Shown in pieces: positions 38,401-46,005 of a DNA stretch of 64,000 nt. The notes below the pieces were generated by a model, which had not been told where the DNA came from, made no database searches, and saw only the letters and a list, made by a program, of their open reading frames with translations. Positions within the stretch are counted from its first letter, which is position 1, and each line of letters begins with the position of its first letter. A program made the position numbers and the translations under genes. The DNA comes from Microcoleus sp. (GTDB lineage: Bacteria > Cyanobacteriota > Cyanobacteriia > Cyanobacteriales > Microcoleaceae). The stretch is taken from positions 7,510-71,509 of the forward strand of contig NZ_JBARVX010000073.1 of the NCBI RefSeq assembly GCF_049646505.1, in the 5' to 3' direction.

Positions 38401-39056
38401 TGGACTAATTCCAGGGCATCGACTGATTCAAAAGGCAACTGATTGGTTAGCAGTTCGTAGAAGGTAACGCCAAGTGAATAGAAATCGGTGCGGTAGTCGA
38501 GCAAGCGATTCATCCTTCCTGTTTGTTCGGGAGAAATATAAGCTAATGTTCCTTCTATAAGATGAGGATTTTTGAGACCTGGATTTTCTTGGGATAAGAT
38601 GGTAGATAAGCCAAAGTCAATGATTTTTAATTGTTCGGTTTGAGTATTCAAGACAAGGTTAGATGAATTGATATCTTGGTGAATAACTTTTTTTTTGTGA
38701 ATTTTACCTAACGCCTTGGTAGTTTGGATGGCGATGCGGAGAAACTCCGATACTGAAAATGTACGGTGTTTGAGAATTATTTTTAATGATTCTCCGCCAA
38801 AATCTTCTAATAAGATTAGTTGAGTATTTTGGTGTTTTCTCAACTCGTAAGCTTTAATTGTTTCTTCTAGGTTGAGATTGCAAGTGATTTCGTATTCCTG
38901 CTGGTAGCGGTAGAGTTCGGCTGGTGTGGGGTAATCTTCTTTGAGGAGTTTCAAAATCACTGGTTGCCGATTTTGATTAATTATGCCCCGGTATACGAGG
39001 GAATTAGCGCTTTCGTAGATTTGGTTGAGAATTGTGATGTCGGGCAGTGAAATCAT
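32484..39056 (-). CDS. Giant multidomain sensor: Ser/Thr protein kinase + AAA/STAND-type ATPase + TPR-like helical region + GAF + PAS + histidine kinase + receiver (HstK-type)
   Basis: Kinase loop IHQDINSSNLVL, DFG (IIDFGLST) and YISPEQ. P-loop ISGYSGIGKSALV. GAF region (LIGIVYLENN). H-box ANMSHELRTPLNAILG. G-boxes VKDTGLGI and GTGLGLTIS. Receiver ILVVDDKDDN...MDMRMPVMDGYEAT...KPF. Confidence 0.9.
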   Translation of the reverse strand: MISLPDITILNQIYESANSLVYRGIINQNRQPVILKLLKEDYPTPAELYRYQQEYEITCNLNLEETIKAYELRKHQNTQLILLEDFGGESLKIILKHRTFSVSEFLRIAIQTTKALGKIHKKKVIHQDINSSNLVLNTQTEQLKIIDFGLSTILSQENPGLKNPHLIEGTLAYISPEQTGRMNRLLDYRTDFYSLGVTFYELLTNQLPFESVDALELVHCHIAKQPIPPHEINPKIPLNLSGIVIKLMAKMAENRYQSAWGIEADLATCLEQYLTNKIKIFPLGYRDISPQLQLPQKLYGRESQIESLLAAFMRVTSPEKQQVATSNATTTQSQNCPVHGQTELVLISGYSGIGKSALVQELYKIITQKRGYFIAGKFDQFQRDIPYQALVAAFQELVGQLLTESQPELQQWQDKIRQALGSNGQIIIDIIPEVELIVGKQHPVPELPPAEAQNRFNLVFKQFLQVFCKKEHPLVLFLDDLQWTDSATLQLLQLIITDFTTQHLLVIGAYRDNEVSPTHPLMLNLSELKKQGTRINYISLGHLNLNQVNEFIADTLKTDRISTQKLAELAWQKTQGNPFFIKEFFKSLYQEKLLNFDTNAWAWNWNLEQIITRNITDNVVEFMADKIQTLSEPAQKILQLAACLGNRFDLLTLSILNESSPKAAANELWDAMQSGLILPVGDDYKFLKTDLETKQLKITYKFAHDRIQQAAYSLIPPGEKQVIHWQVGQLLLQNTPPQNLKQNIFDIVNQLNLGIEAVDVQLEKDKLAQLNLIAAQKAKASAAWKPTWNYLQFGINCLSADSWLRKYDLTLALYVETVEAAILSNRVEEMEKLADIVLQQATSLLDKVKVYEVKIQAYTAQNKPLAAINTALSVLKLLGIRFPKQPTKLNLFTELVKTKLSLAGQQIQALIDLPVMTNPDKLAAMRILSTVVSAAHLAAPELLPLMVFKQVRLSIKYGNTSVSSCAYATYGLILSGENVGDIETGYQFGQLALLLLDKFNTKELKARTIFIVNYFVKHWKEHLRETLNPLQNAYSIALETGDLEYAAYAVCVYSYHSYVLGKELPKVESDMAMYSNTLSQLKQETSFYYNQLNRQVVLNLMGQAEDKCRLVGESYDEVKMLPLHQEANAKNICRSLYFYKLFLCYLFQDYQQALENVTLAEKYSDSAVGTIPLYHFYNSLLYLAIYSEASKSEQKLILQKVKANQKKIKKWAHFAPMTHLHKFYLVEAERYQVLGETTLAIDYYDRAIASAKEHEYINEEALANELAAKFYLAWGKEQIAEVYMSNAYYCYLRWGATAKLTDLEQKYPQLLKRFITVRNSDKSRSSLSENSDSSAAELLDLAALMKASQAISSEIELDKLLKTLMRTLLECSGAQIGYLILESQGQLRVEASGEASSDRAIVLPSTPIENCLPLSVINYVERTQEGLIETNVTREGRFTQDAYIKTQQPKSILCAPLLNQGQLIGIVYLENNLADGVFTSDRLQLIQLLSTQAAIALTNARLYTEVRSTQNRLNKFLNAIPLGISVHDAKGQIIYTNQLAQQLLNIQDLPKAATQQLSETYGIYRAGTAEMYPVEQLPVVRSLSGEKAQADDLELYQNERIVSVESTSTPIFDETGNVEYAIAAFQDISDRKQAEKTLIENVRLEQEISDRKIAEAELEQAKEAAVAANLAKSTFLANMSHELRTPLNAILGFSQLMNQDTNLLNEQKENLNIIQRSGENLLSLINQVLDLSKVEAGRMTLSENNFDLHHLLADIEDMFALKANAPSLQLRFECAADVPKKIYADEVKLRQVLINLISNAVKFTSSGSVSVEVSRDVSVKRLLHKTKGNWKRVCRSRDVSVKPLHKTKGNSEDETQITNNQQQTTITFEVKDTGLGIAADELEKLFQPFVQTASGQKVQQGTGLGLTISRQFVRLMGGEITVISGGKAFTPGMPLKELLEETTGTTFKFDIPVGIADASAIQNQPYNRRVVALAPNQPQYRILVVDDKDDNRQLLIKLLKPVGFEVQEASNGMEALEIWDSYSPHLIWMDMRMPVMDGYEATRQIKSTTKGQTTAVIALTASVWEEEKAVILSAGCDDFVRKPFPTQAIFDIMAKHLGVSYIYEEQQLSSSADNVTGEPLNLTDLLATMSQIWIVKLHEAALDADLELVSQLLEEIPDFQVLELQTLRGWVNQFQFEKILDLTEPLVGEH
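33507..33640. repeat. Two tandem copies of a palindrome-bearing repeat inserted in-frame in the HATPase domain
   Basis: Unit is gttaccttttgtcttgtgcag..gtttcaccgaaacgtctctac..ttctacagacacgcttccag, with core palindrome agacgtttc-acc-gaaacgtct. It is translated as SRDVSVKRLLHKTKGNWKRVCRSRDVSVKPLHKTKGN between the N-box and G1-box. Confidence 0.85.
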
Positions 39057-39336
39057 GTTGGGAATTACTGCTGTCTAAAAGGGTTGGTATATTAATAAAT
39101 ATAACATGGGGATGAGGGGGTGAGGGGGCTGTAAATTGGCTCGGAATATAAATTATTGCGTTGCGCACTGCAACTTCCGATCTTTTATTGTTACTTTTTG
39201 GCTCTGAAATTACTTGCGCTGTATGTAGCGTACAATCTTAAGCTGTGGTGCATTTAAATTATGTGTTGAGGGCGGGGTTGCGGGGCCGCTTCGCCAGATT
39301 GAAAGTTTGTTCTACCAGATAGTTTAAATGCGGATT

Positions 39337-39452
39337 GGGATCGAAAACTTAATAACTTAAACACCTCGTACAGTCTTCTCTCCTGTAAGTTGCCAGATAA
39401 AAGGAGGCAGAGCCTCCGGATCTGCATTACCAGGCAGAGCCTGGTAACGAGT
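39337..39452. mobile_element. MITE-like composite repeat, family A
   Basis: Same two-module sequence as 32309-32425, with a few substitutions. Confidence 0.85.
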
Positions 39453-39638
39453 AATTAAATTCTAAGTTATTAAATTTTCATTCCTTAGCTTGCTGGCGCA
39501 GCTTCTAGCTACTGGGCATCGCCCGAACTTAAAAATCTCGGAACGCACAATAATTAATGATAAAATAGCTTAAGGATTCAGGGCCTTAATTGTGATAATC
39601 TGAGAAGAGTCCACTTTCATTCTCGATCGAGTGCAGCT

Positions 39639-40340
39639 ATGCGAATCGGTAAAAAAATACAAAAATTTCTGCTGTTAACTGTAGCGTTTTTTTTTGCAGC
39701 TACTGTGTTAATTAACGTTACTAATTTTCACAATTATTTCGGTATCAACCGCGCCGATACCGGAGAGAAAGTTGTTGCCCTCACCTACGACGACGGCCCC
39801 TATCCTCCTTATACAAATCAGCTTTTAGATATTTTAGACCGCTATCAAGTTAAAGCGACTTTTTTTGAAATCGGCCGCAATATTGAGAAACATCCAGAAA
39901 TTGTGAAAGCGATCGCCGCCAGGGGAGATGAGTTGGCAAATCATTCTTATTCTCACAAGGATATGATGTTTAAACCCCGCGAGTATCTGCTGTCGGAAAT
40001 TGAAAAAACTGATAAACTTTTGCTGGAATTGGGCGTTAAGCAGGACAGTATTAGTTTTCGGCCTCCTTGGGGACGGAGATTTATAGGTTTGTCTTATTTG
40101 GTTTCCCAAATGCACAAACAATTGATTATGTGGGATGTTGATTCTCAAGATTATGAGAAAACTCACACGGTAGATGATATCGCAAATCAGGTGATTGACA
40201 ATGTGCGATCGGGTTCGATTGTGGTGATGCACGACGGCGGGGGCGATCGCTCGAAAACGGTAGCAGCAACTGAGATAATTGTCAAGACTTTGCAGTCGAA
40301 AGGTTACTCGTTTAAGACTGTTTCTGAGCTGTTGAAATAA
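39639..40340 (+). CDS. Polysaccharide deacetylase (NodB homology domain) family protein, N-terminally membrane-anchored
   Basis: LTYDDGP, FFEIGRN, HSYSH and RPPWG motifs, plus an N-terminal hydrophobic helix. Confidence 0.88.
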   Translation: MRIGKKIQKFLLLTVAFFFAATVLINVTNFHNYFGINRADTGEKVVALTYDDGPYPPYTNQLLDILDRYQVKATFFEIGRNIEKHPEIVKAIAARGDELANHSYSHKDMMFKPREYLLSEIEKTDKLLLELGVKQDSISFRPPWGRRFIGLSYLVSQMHKQLIMWDVDSQDYEKTHTVDDIANQVIDNVRSGSIVVMHDGGGDRSKTVAATEIIVKTLQSKGYSFKTVSELLK

Positions 40341-40544
40341 TAGAGGATTTGATTAAACCGCAGAGGAAGCTGAGAAAGAAAAGAGAGAATTGAATGATGC
40401 TGATGCTAACTGATACCAAAGTGCAGGCGCGGTTTCAACTGCCGAATCATCTTAGGCTAGAACATTTGTCACAGTTTGCAGAAATGACAAAAATTCGGTT
40501 GTGGAGATTTTATGCGTGCAGGATTGTGGTTGCGATTTATTTTA

Positions 40545-40745
40545 GGATCGAAAACTTAATAACTTAAACACTTCTTACATTCCTTTCTCTTGTAAGTTGC
40601 TTTCCTCAAAGGAGGCAGAGCCTCGCCTATCTGCATTACCAGGCTCTTCCTGGTAACGAGCAGCGAGCAGTAGCGCACTCCGACTAAAGAAAAAAGGAGG
40701 CAGAGCCTCCGGATCTGCATTACCAGGCAGAGCCTGGTAACGAGC
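40545..40745. mobile_element. MITE-like composite repeat, family A (with duplicated core module)
   Basis: The ggatcgaaaacttaataacttaaacac... module is followed by two copies of the ggaggcagagcctc..ctgcattaccagg...cctggtaacgag core. Confidence 0.85.
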
Positions 40746-40776
40746 AAAAACCCGGTTTCTGACTACCCATATTGCT

Positions 40777-41994
40777 CTAATTTAGATATTTTGCGATGTA
40801 ATTAGCAATTTTGAGGCTGCCTCCTGGTGGGCCCATTCTTTCTAAACCGTTTTTTACGGAAGTTTCTAAATATTTACGATCTTGCAATGTACGATCGACT
40901 GTCAAAGCAGCTTTGTGAAGAATGTCAGGATTTGCTGGTTGCGTGCCAATAACCTGTAGGGAATCACCTAACAGCCGATTTTGAGCTTCCGCAAACCGAT
41001 AGGTAAATGATGGGCCGTTGCCGGGGATGGTAATTACGGGTTTTCCCAAGCCGACTGCTTGTTCGATCGCACTTCCTGTCATCCCGATTACTAAATTCGA
41101 CTGCTGCACAATGTCGGCGAAAGCGTCTGAATAACAAATTACTTCCACGGTTTCTGCTTCTTCGCTATTCTGCTGTTTGATTCCTGAAAAAATGAGTTTT
41201 GTCGATCGCGCTTGCCACCCAGCTCGCACCGCGATATCATCTAATTCAAGCATCAAACTCGGAACCAAAGCCGCCCGAAACTGCACCGGTACAGTAGAGT
41301 TAGTAGCAATTTCTTTCGCCAATTCCAGCAGCAAAACGAGGTTGTGGGTGGCTTCCGGGAGGCGAGAACCGGGGAGAAGGGCGATCGTCCGAAATCCAGG
41401 TATTAATTGCAAATCTTGGCCTGTAGAATTGAGGTTGTCCATCACAGGATTCCCCACAAACTCAGCTTTCTTTAAACCCTGTCGGTTTAAGTCAGCCGCA
41501 GTCAAAGCATCTCTAGTAAAAACAGCTACACAGTTCTCTGAGGCAAGCAACTGCCACAAGATTAAACCTAAGTTGACTCGCCCTTCGTAATAACTAGAAT
41601 GAGCTGACAGAAAAATTATATAGGGGCGCGACGTTGAATGGGCGATCGCCGCGGCGACAATATCTCCAGTGGCCACCACCAAATCGCAGCGGCGCGAATG
41701 CGTCCAAACAGCCTGCAATTGCTGCCAAGTCAAGGCAATTAGCCCCGCCCCAACATCTTTGAGGAAAAACAGGGGATTCATGTAAAAAACTCCCCCAGAC
41801 GGCATTTGACTGGTGGGCCCAATAATGGGCGCGGCCGATCGCGCGTAAGCAGCGCCGTCACCGACAATCGGCATCGCCGAAACATCAACACCGGCAGCAG
41901 ATGCTCTCAAAGCTTCGATAATTTGACAGTTAATCGCGTCTTCCCCGTGTCCGTTGCTGAGGAAAAGTACCCGCTTCGATTTCATAGAGTCCAA
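40777..41994 (-). CDS. Lipid-A-disaccharide synthase-related protein (LpxB-like glycosyltransferase family conserved in cyanobacteria)
   Basis: KRVLFLSNGHGEDAINCQIIEAL N-terminus and overall GT-B-like layout. The start may be the MKSK ATG at 41985. Confidence 0.75.
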   Translation of the reverse strand: MDSMKSKRVLFLSNGHGEDAINCQIIEALRASAAGVDVSAMPIVGDGAAYARSAAPIIGPTSQMPSGGVFYMNPLFFLKDVGAGLIALTWQQLQAVWTHSRRCDLVVATGDIVAAAIAHSTSRPYIIFLSAHSSYYEGRVNLGLILWQLLASENCVAVFTRDALTAADLNRQGLKKAEFVGNPVMDNLNSTGQDLQLIPGFRTIALLPGSRLPEATHNLVLLLELAKEIATNSTVPVQFRAALVPSLMLELDDIAVRAGWQARSTKLIFSGIKQQNSEEAETVEVICYSDAFADIVQQSNLVIGMTGSAIEQAVGLGKPVITIPGNGPSFTYRFAEAQNRLLGDSLQVIGTQPANPDILHKAALTVDRTLQDRKYLETSVKNGLERMGPPGGSLKIANYIAKYLN

Positions 41995-42093
41995 TCAATA
42001 TCAGGTTTTTTCAACTGATTTGTGCGCTCGCGACCTGCCGGCAGGCTACGATTTTGTTACTCTAATTTAAATACATTGTGGAAGTGAAACAGC

Positions 42094-43257
42094 GTGAATA
42101 TTGAAATTGGGCGGGGCAAAAGCGCTCGCAGAGCTTACGGCATAGATGAAATCGCGCTGGTACCCGGACAGCGCACCCTCGATCCGAGTTTGGCTGATAC
42201 CAAGTGGCAGATTGGCGGGATCGATCGAGAAATCCCAATTATTGCTAGCGCGATGGATGGAGTTGTCGATGTGCGGATGGCGATTTTGCTGTCGGAATTG
42301 GGAGCAATGGGCGTGCTCAACCTAGAAGGAATTCAAACCCGCTATGCCGACCCCCAACCAATATTAGAGCGCATCGCGAGTGTCGGGAACCACGAATTTG
42401 TTTCCCTGATGCAGCAACTCTATGCAGAACCCATTAAGCCCGAATTAATCGAGCTCAGAATTAAAGAAATTAAAGCTGGAGGAGGGATTGCTGCTGTCAG
42501 CGGTACACCGGCTGCCGCGAGCAAATACGGCCTGGCGGTTGCTAAATCGGGAGCAGATATATTTTTTGTACAGGCTACTGTAGTCTCGACAGCTTTTCTT
42601 TCTCCAGAGTCGATCGAATCCTTAGACTTGACCCAGTTCTGTCAAGAGATGCCAATACCAGTAATTTTGGGCAACTGCGTGACCTACGAAGTCGCCCTGA
42701 ATTTAATGAAAACCGGCGCTGCAGGCATTCTCGTGGGCATCGGGCCGGGGGCTGCTTGCACGTCTAGGGGCGTATTGGGTGTCGGCGTTCCTCAAGCCAC
42801 AGCGGTAGCAGACTGCGCCGCGGCGCGGGACGACTACTATCGCGAAACTGGCAAATATGTATCGGTGATTGCTGACGGCGGTTTAATTACCGGCGGCGAT
42901 ATCTGCAAGTGCATTGCTTGCGGTGCCGATGGAGTGATGATTGGTTCGCCCTTTGCTAGGGCCGCCGAAGCTCCAGGCCGGGGCTTCCACTGGGGGATGG
43001 CGACTCCGAGCCCGGTTTTGCCGCGGGGTACTCGGATTCGTGTCGGGACTACGGGTACTGCGGAGCAAATTTTGCGGGGGCCGGCCCTGCTAGATGACGG
43101 CACGCACAACTTGCTCGGAGCTCTGAAAACTAGCATGGGCACTCTGGGTGCGAAGGATATTAAGGAGATGCAGCAAGTGGAAGTGGTGATTGCTCCTTCT
43201 CTGCTGACTGAGGGTAAAGTCTATCAAAAAGCTCAGCAGTTGGGCATGGGTAAGTAG
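42094..43257 (+). CDS. GuaB3-family IMP dehydrogenase-related protein
   Basis: GTG start. MNIEIGRGKSARRAYGIDEIALVPGQRT...IIASAMDGVVD...GIGPGAACTSRGVLGVG. No CBS insert. Confidence 0.88.
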   Translation: MNIEIGRGKSARRAYGIDEIALVPGQRTLDPSLADTKWQIGGIDREIPIIASAMDGVVDVRMAILLSELGAMGVLNLEGIQTRYADPQPILERIASVGNHEFVSLMQQLYAEPIKPELIELRIKEIKAGGGIAAVSGTPAAASKYGLAVAKSGADIFFVQATVVSTAFLSPESIESLDLTQFCQEMPIPVILGNCVTYEVALNLMKTGAAGILVGIGPGAACTSRGVLGVGVPQATAVADCAAARDDYYRETGKYVSVIADGGLITGGDICKCIACGADGVMIGSPFARAAEAPGRGFHWGMATPSPVLPRGTRIRVGTTGTAEQILRGPALLDDGTHNLLGALKTSMGTLGAKDIKEMQQVEVVIAPSLLTEGKVYQKAQQLGMGK

Positions 43258-43357
43258 ATTTACCGATCGAATCCCAGCAGACCTTGACAAAATTTGTTCG
43301 AGAGTCTCGAAATTTACAGAATATTGTGGAATTATCGAAAAGGAGATGTCACAATAG

Positions 43358-43435
43358 AGGAAGCGGAGACAAATGTTTCCGTTCACTCCTCACACCACAC
43401 TCCGCCCGGACTACTGTTCGGGCGGTTCCTTTTGT
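43358..43435 (+). ncRNA. yfr1: Yfr1 small regulatory RNA
   Basis: The ultraconserved single-stranded core ACTCCTCACAC (43385-43395) is flanked by a 5' stem-loop (aagcggaga-caaatg-tttccgtt) and a 3' intrinsic terminator (ccgcccg-N10-cgggcgg + ttccttttgt, 43402-43435). It sits in the guaB-trxA spacer where Yfr1 is reported in many cyanobacteria. The 5' end is approximate. Confidence 0.75.
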
Positions 43436-43731
43436 AGTGCCGGCGCTCTTGTTTGCTTGCGGGGTACGGGGTTAAGGCTGTTTGCTCCGGGTGGTCGGGG
43501 AGATTGGGGAGAGCGGTTTTAAGTTTTGAGGTGAAAGTATCTCTAATTCTGCGCCGTACCCGATCGCCCCAGCACGAATGTCTTGCGCCCTTAACATCAA
43601 TCCTTTCGATCGGTTAAATCCGTTACAACAGTCGTTGCCGAACTTCGTTCTATTAAAATCCTTGATGCAAGTGGTTACACTATTTGCTAAACTTGTTAAC
43701 CAAGAAATAGTATTTACAAGGATGGCTAGGG

Positions 43732-44055
43732 ATGTCAGCAGCCGCGCAAGTAACCGACTCTTCCTTTAAGCAGGAAGTGCTCGATAGCGAAGTTCCAGTT
43801 CTAGTGGATTTTTGGGCTCCTTGGTGCGGGCCCTGTCGGATGGTGGCACCCGTCGTAGAGGAAATTGCCCAGCAATATGAAGGCCAGGTGAAGGTAGTAA
43901 AAGTTAATACCGACGAAAATCCTAACGTCGCCAGCCAATACGGTATCCGCAGCATTCCGACGCTGATGATATTTAAGGGCGGTCAGCGGGTTGATATGGT
44001 GGTTGGGGCAGTTCCCAAAACTACTCTGGCCAACACTCTGGAAAAGTACATTTAA
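43732..44055 (+). CDS. trxA: Thioredoxin
   Basis: 107 aa. [16 protein letters not shown] active site, [14 protein letters not shown]. Confidence 0.95.
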   Translation: MSAAAQVTDSSFKQEVLDSEVPVLVDFWAPWCGPCRMVAPVVEEIAQQYEGQVKVVKVNTDENPNVASQYGIRSIPTLMIFKGGQRVDMVVGAVPKTTLANTLEKYI

Positions 44056-44313
44056 CCCAACAGAAAAGCACCATTGTCAATAAGCTTTTTAGGGACGGGC
44101 AGGATGCCCATCCCACAAGAAATTCACTCTTTGTGGAACGGGCTTCTAGCCCGTTGCTGACAATGGTGCAAGATATGAGTTTAACCCAACAGAAAAGCAC
44201 CATTGTCAATAAACCTTTGACGGGCGGGCTCTCCTGCCCACCCCACAACGAAAATTCATCTTTTGTGGAACAGGCATCTTGCCTGTTCTTGACAATGGTG
44301 CAGGATGTAAGTT
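44051..44313. mobile_element. Two tandem ~130-bp copies of a nested-hairpin MITE (family C core ggacgggc..gcccatcc / gtggaacgggc..gcccgtt; arms caccattgtcaa / ttgacaatggtg)
   Basis: The unit starts tttaacccaacagaaaagcaccattgtcaataa and repeats at 44181. It begins at the trxA stop codon. Confidence 0.8.
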
Positions 44314-44502
44314 TAACCGAACTGCGAGCCGTTTAGCGCTGTTTTTTTTGCAGCGAAAGCCGCGCTCGCTTCAGAACGGGGCAAAGCTACTGGAAAAGTT
44401 ATTAGCGGCCAGCAGGGCGATTTGCTGGTGGCTGTGCTTCTAAAATTTGGCTTGCCCCTTAATTTTTTATAGTGACAAATTGTTACCGTTTCGGAAAAAT
44501 TC

Positions 44503-45564
44503 ATGGTTCCTTCTGGTCAAGGTTTTGAATCCCTCCAAGCTGATGTGATCGAATCCATCGCTCGCCTGCCAATGTTGAAGCACTCAGAGTGGATCGAACG
44601 ATCGCTCTCTACTATAGTGCAAATGGCCGGAGAGGATTTCGACCGCCTTGACTGGAAAATTATCTCGTCGTCTCTGCGAGATATGGAAAAGGCTTTCTCC
44701 ATGTTTTATCCTTACCGCCACGTTCGCAAAATAGTGATTTTTGGTTCGGCGAGGGTGTCCCCGGAATCGCCGGAATATTTGATGGCCAGAGATTTTGCGC
44801 GGGCGATCGCCCAGCAGGGATTTATGGTGATTACTGGCGGCGGCGGGGGGATCATGCAGGCGGGGAACGAAGGGGCGACTGCGGAACGTTCTTTTGGCCT
44901 AAATATTCAGTTGCCTTTCGAGCAAGGTTCCAATCCTTTTGTTGCAGGCGACTCCAAGTTGCTCAATTTTAAATATTTTTTCACTCGCAAGCTATTCTTT
45001 CTCCGGGAGAGCGATGCTTTGGCTTTGTTTCCGGGCGGTTTCGGCACTCTGGACGAGGCTTTTGAGTGTCTGACTTTGACTCAAACAGGCAAGTTCGGGC
45101 CTGCTCCTTTGGTATTGCTCGATCGACCGGGAGGAGATTATTGGCTTGACTGGAATACTTTTGTGCAAAAACAATTGCGAGACCGGGGTTTTATTTCAGC
45201 CAACGATCGCAGCCTGTATACGATTACTGACGATGTAAACGTGGCTTGCGAGGCGATCGCAAGTTTTTATCTGGTTTATCACTCCTGCCGCTACGTGCGC
45301 GAAAAACTGGTAATTCGCTTGAAAACTGAGCTTTCTGAGGAAAATGTCGATCGGCTAAATACTGATTTTAGCGATATTGTCGTCACCGGAAAAATCGAAA
45401 AAAGTCAAGCTCTGCCTCCAGAAATAGGAGATGAAACCTTTGATTTACCTCGCCTAGTTTTGCATTTCAACCAGCGGGATTCGGGGCGGCTTTATCAGCT
45501 AATTGCTGCTATCAATGAAATGGGGGCGACTTCGCCAGCGGCGGCTCATCCAGAAAAAAAATAG
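44503..45564 (+). CDS. LOG family (TIGR00730-type Rossmann fold, cytokinin riboside 5'-monophosphate phosphoribohydrolase-like) protein, long form
   Basis: IVIFGSAR, TGGGGGIMQAGNEGA and PGGFGTLDEAFE motifs, plus a C-terminal extension of ~120 aa. Confidence 0.8.
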   Translation: MVPSGQGFESLQADVIESIARLPMLKHSEWIERSLSTIVQMAGEDFDRLDWKIISSSLRDMEKAFSMFYPYRHVRKIVIFGSARVSPESPEYLMARDFARAIAQQGFMVITGGGGGIMQAGNEGATAERSFGLNIQLPFEQGSNPFVAGDSKLLNFKYFFTRKLFFLRESDALALFPGGFGTLDEAFECLTLTQTGKFGPAPLVLLDRPGGDYWLDWNTFVQKQLRDRGFISANDRSLYTITDDVNVACEAIASFYLVYHSCRYVREKLVIRLKTELSEENVDRLNTDFSDIVVTGKIEKSQALPPEIGDETFDLPRLVLHFNQRDSGRLYQLIAAINEMGATSPAAAHPEKK

Positions 45565-45892
45565 TCAGTAGTCATTAGTCATTGGTAATTAATGTATGGC
45601 TTACAGCGACTTCAGTTTCTACTTGTTATATCGTTTTCGGTTGCATCGGAATGATTTAACCACAGAGAACACAGAGAACACAGAGAGAAATGAATACAGG
45701 ACGATGAAGAGAGGAATTGATATTACCAGGCTCTGCCTGGTAACGAGTAGAACGAGTAAATCACTTAGGATTTCTATATCAGCCAAAATATTAAACAACC
45801 TGCCATTGATACTGTTGCACATTTTTGGAAAAATAATCTAACTCAGGCGACAAATAAACCCGCCCCTTTGATTGAGATAAAATTTAGATAAA

Positions 45893-45914
45893 TTTGACAG
45901 GCTGTCTTTTGACA
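45893..45914 (+). promoter_or_regulatory. Operator/promoter motif TTTGACAggctGTCTTTTGACA upstream of the DsbD_2-ferric reductase operon
   Basis: The second TTGACA sits 18 nt before TATTAT, a good -35/-10 pair. The dyad GTCT-TT-TGAC overlaps the -35. A near-identical motif lies at 53019-53040, in the same orientation relative to mbnP. It is 92 nt 5' of ATG 46006. Confidence 0.55.
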
Positions 45915-46005
45915 AAATCGAGAGGCTGCATTTATTATTGTCAGCAGTCATCCATCAATCAGCAGTTAAAAAACTAATGACGTGAAAGCTAACTACTGAC
46001 TCAAA

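Noticed and set aside
43284-43475. 63-aa TTG-initiated ORF and a 49-codon ATG ORF in the guaB3-trxA spacer
   Set aside because: Both overlap the Yfr1 sRNA and its terminator. The conserved element here is the RNA motif.
45596-45841. 81-aa ORF (…TENTENTERNEY…RLCLVTSRTSK…)
   Set aside because: It is a translation of dispersed repeats: the atatcgttttcggttgcatcggaatgat arm, cacagagaa heptamer-like repeats and a family A core.
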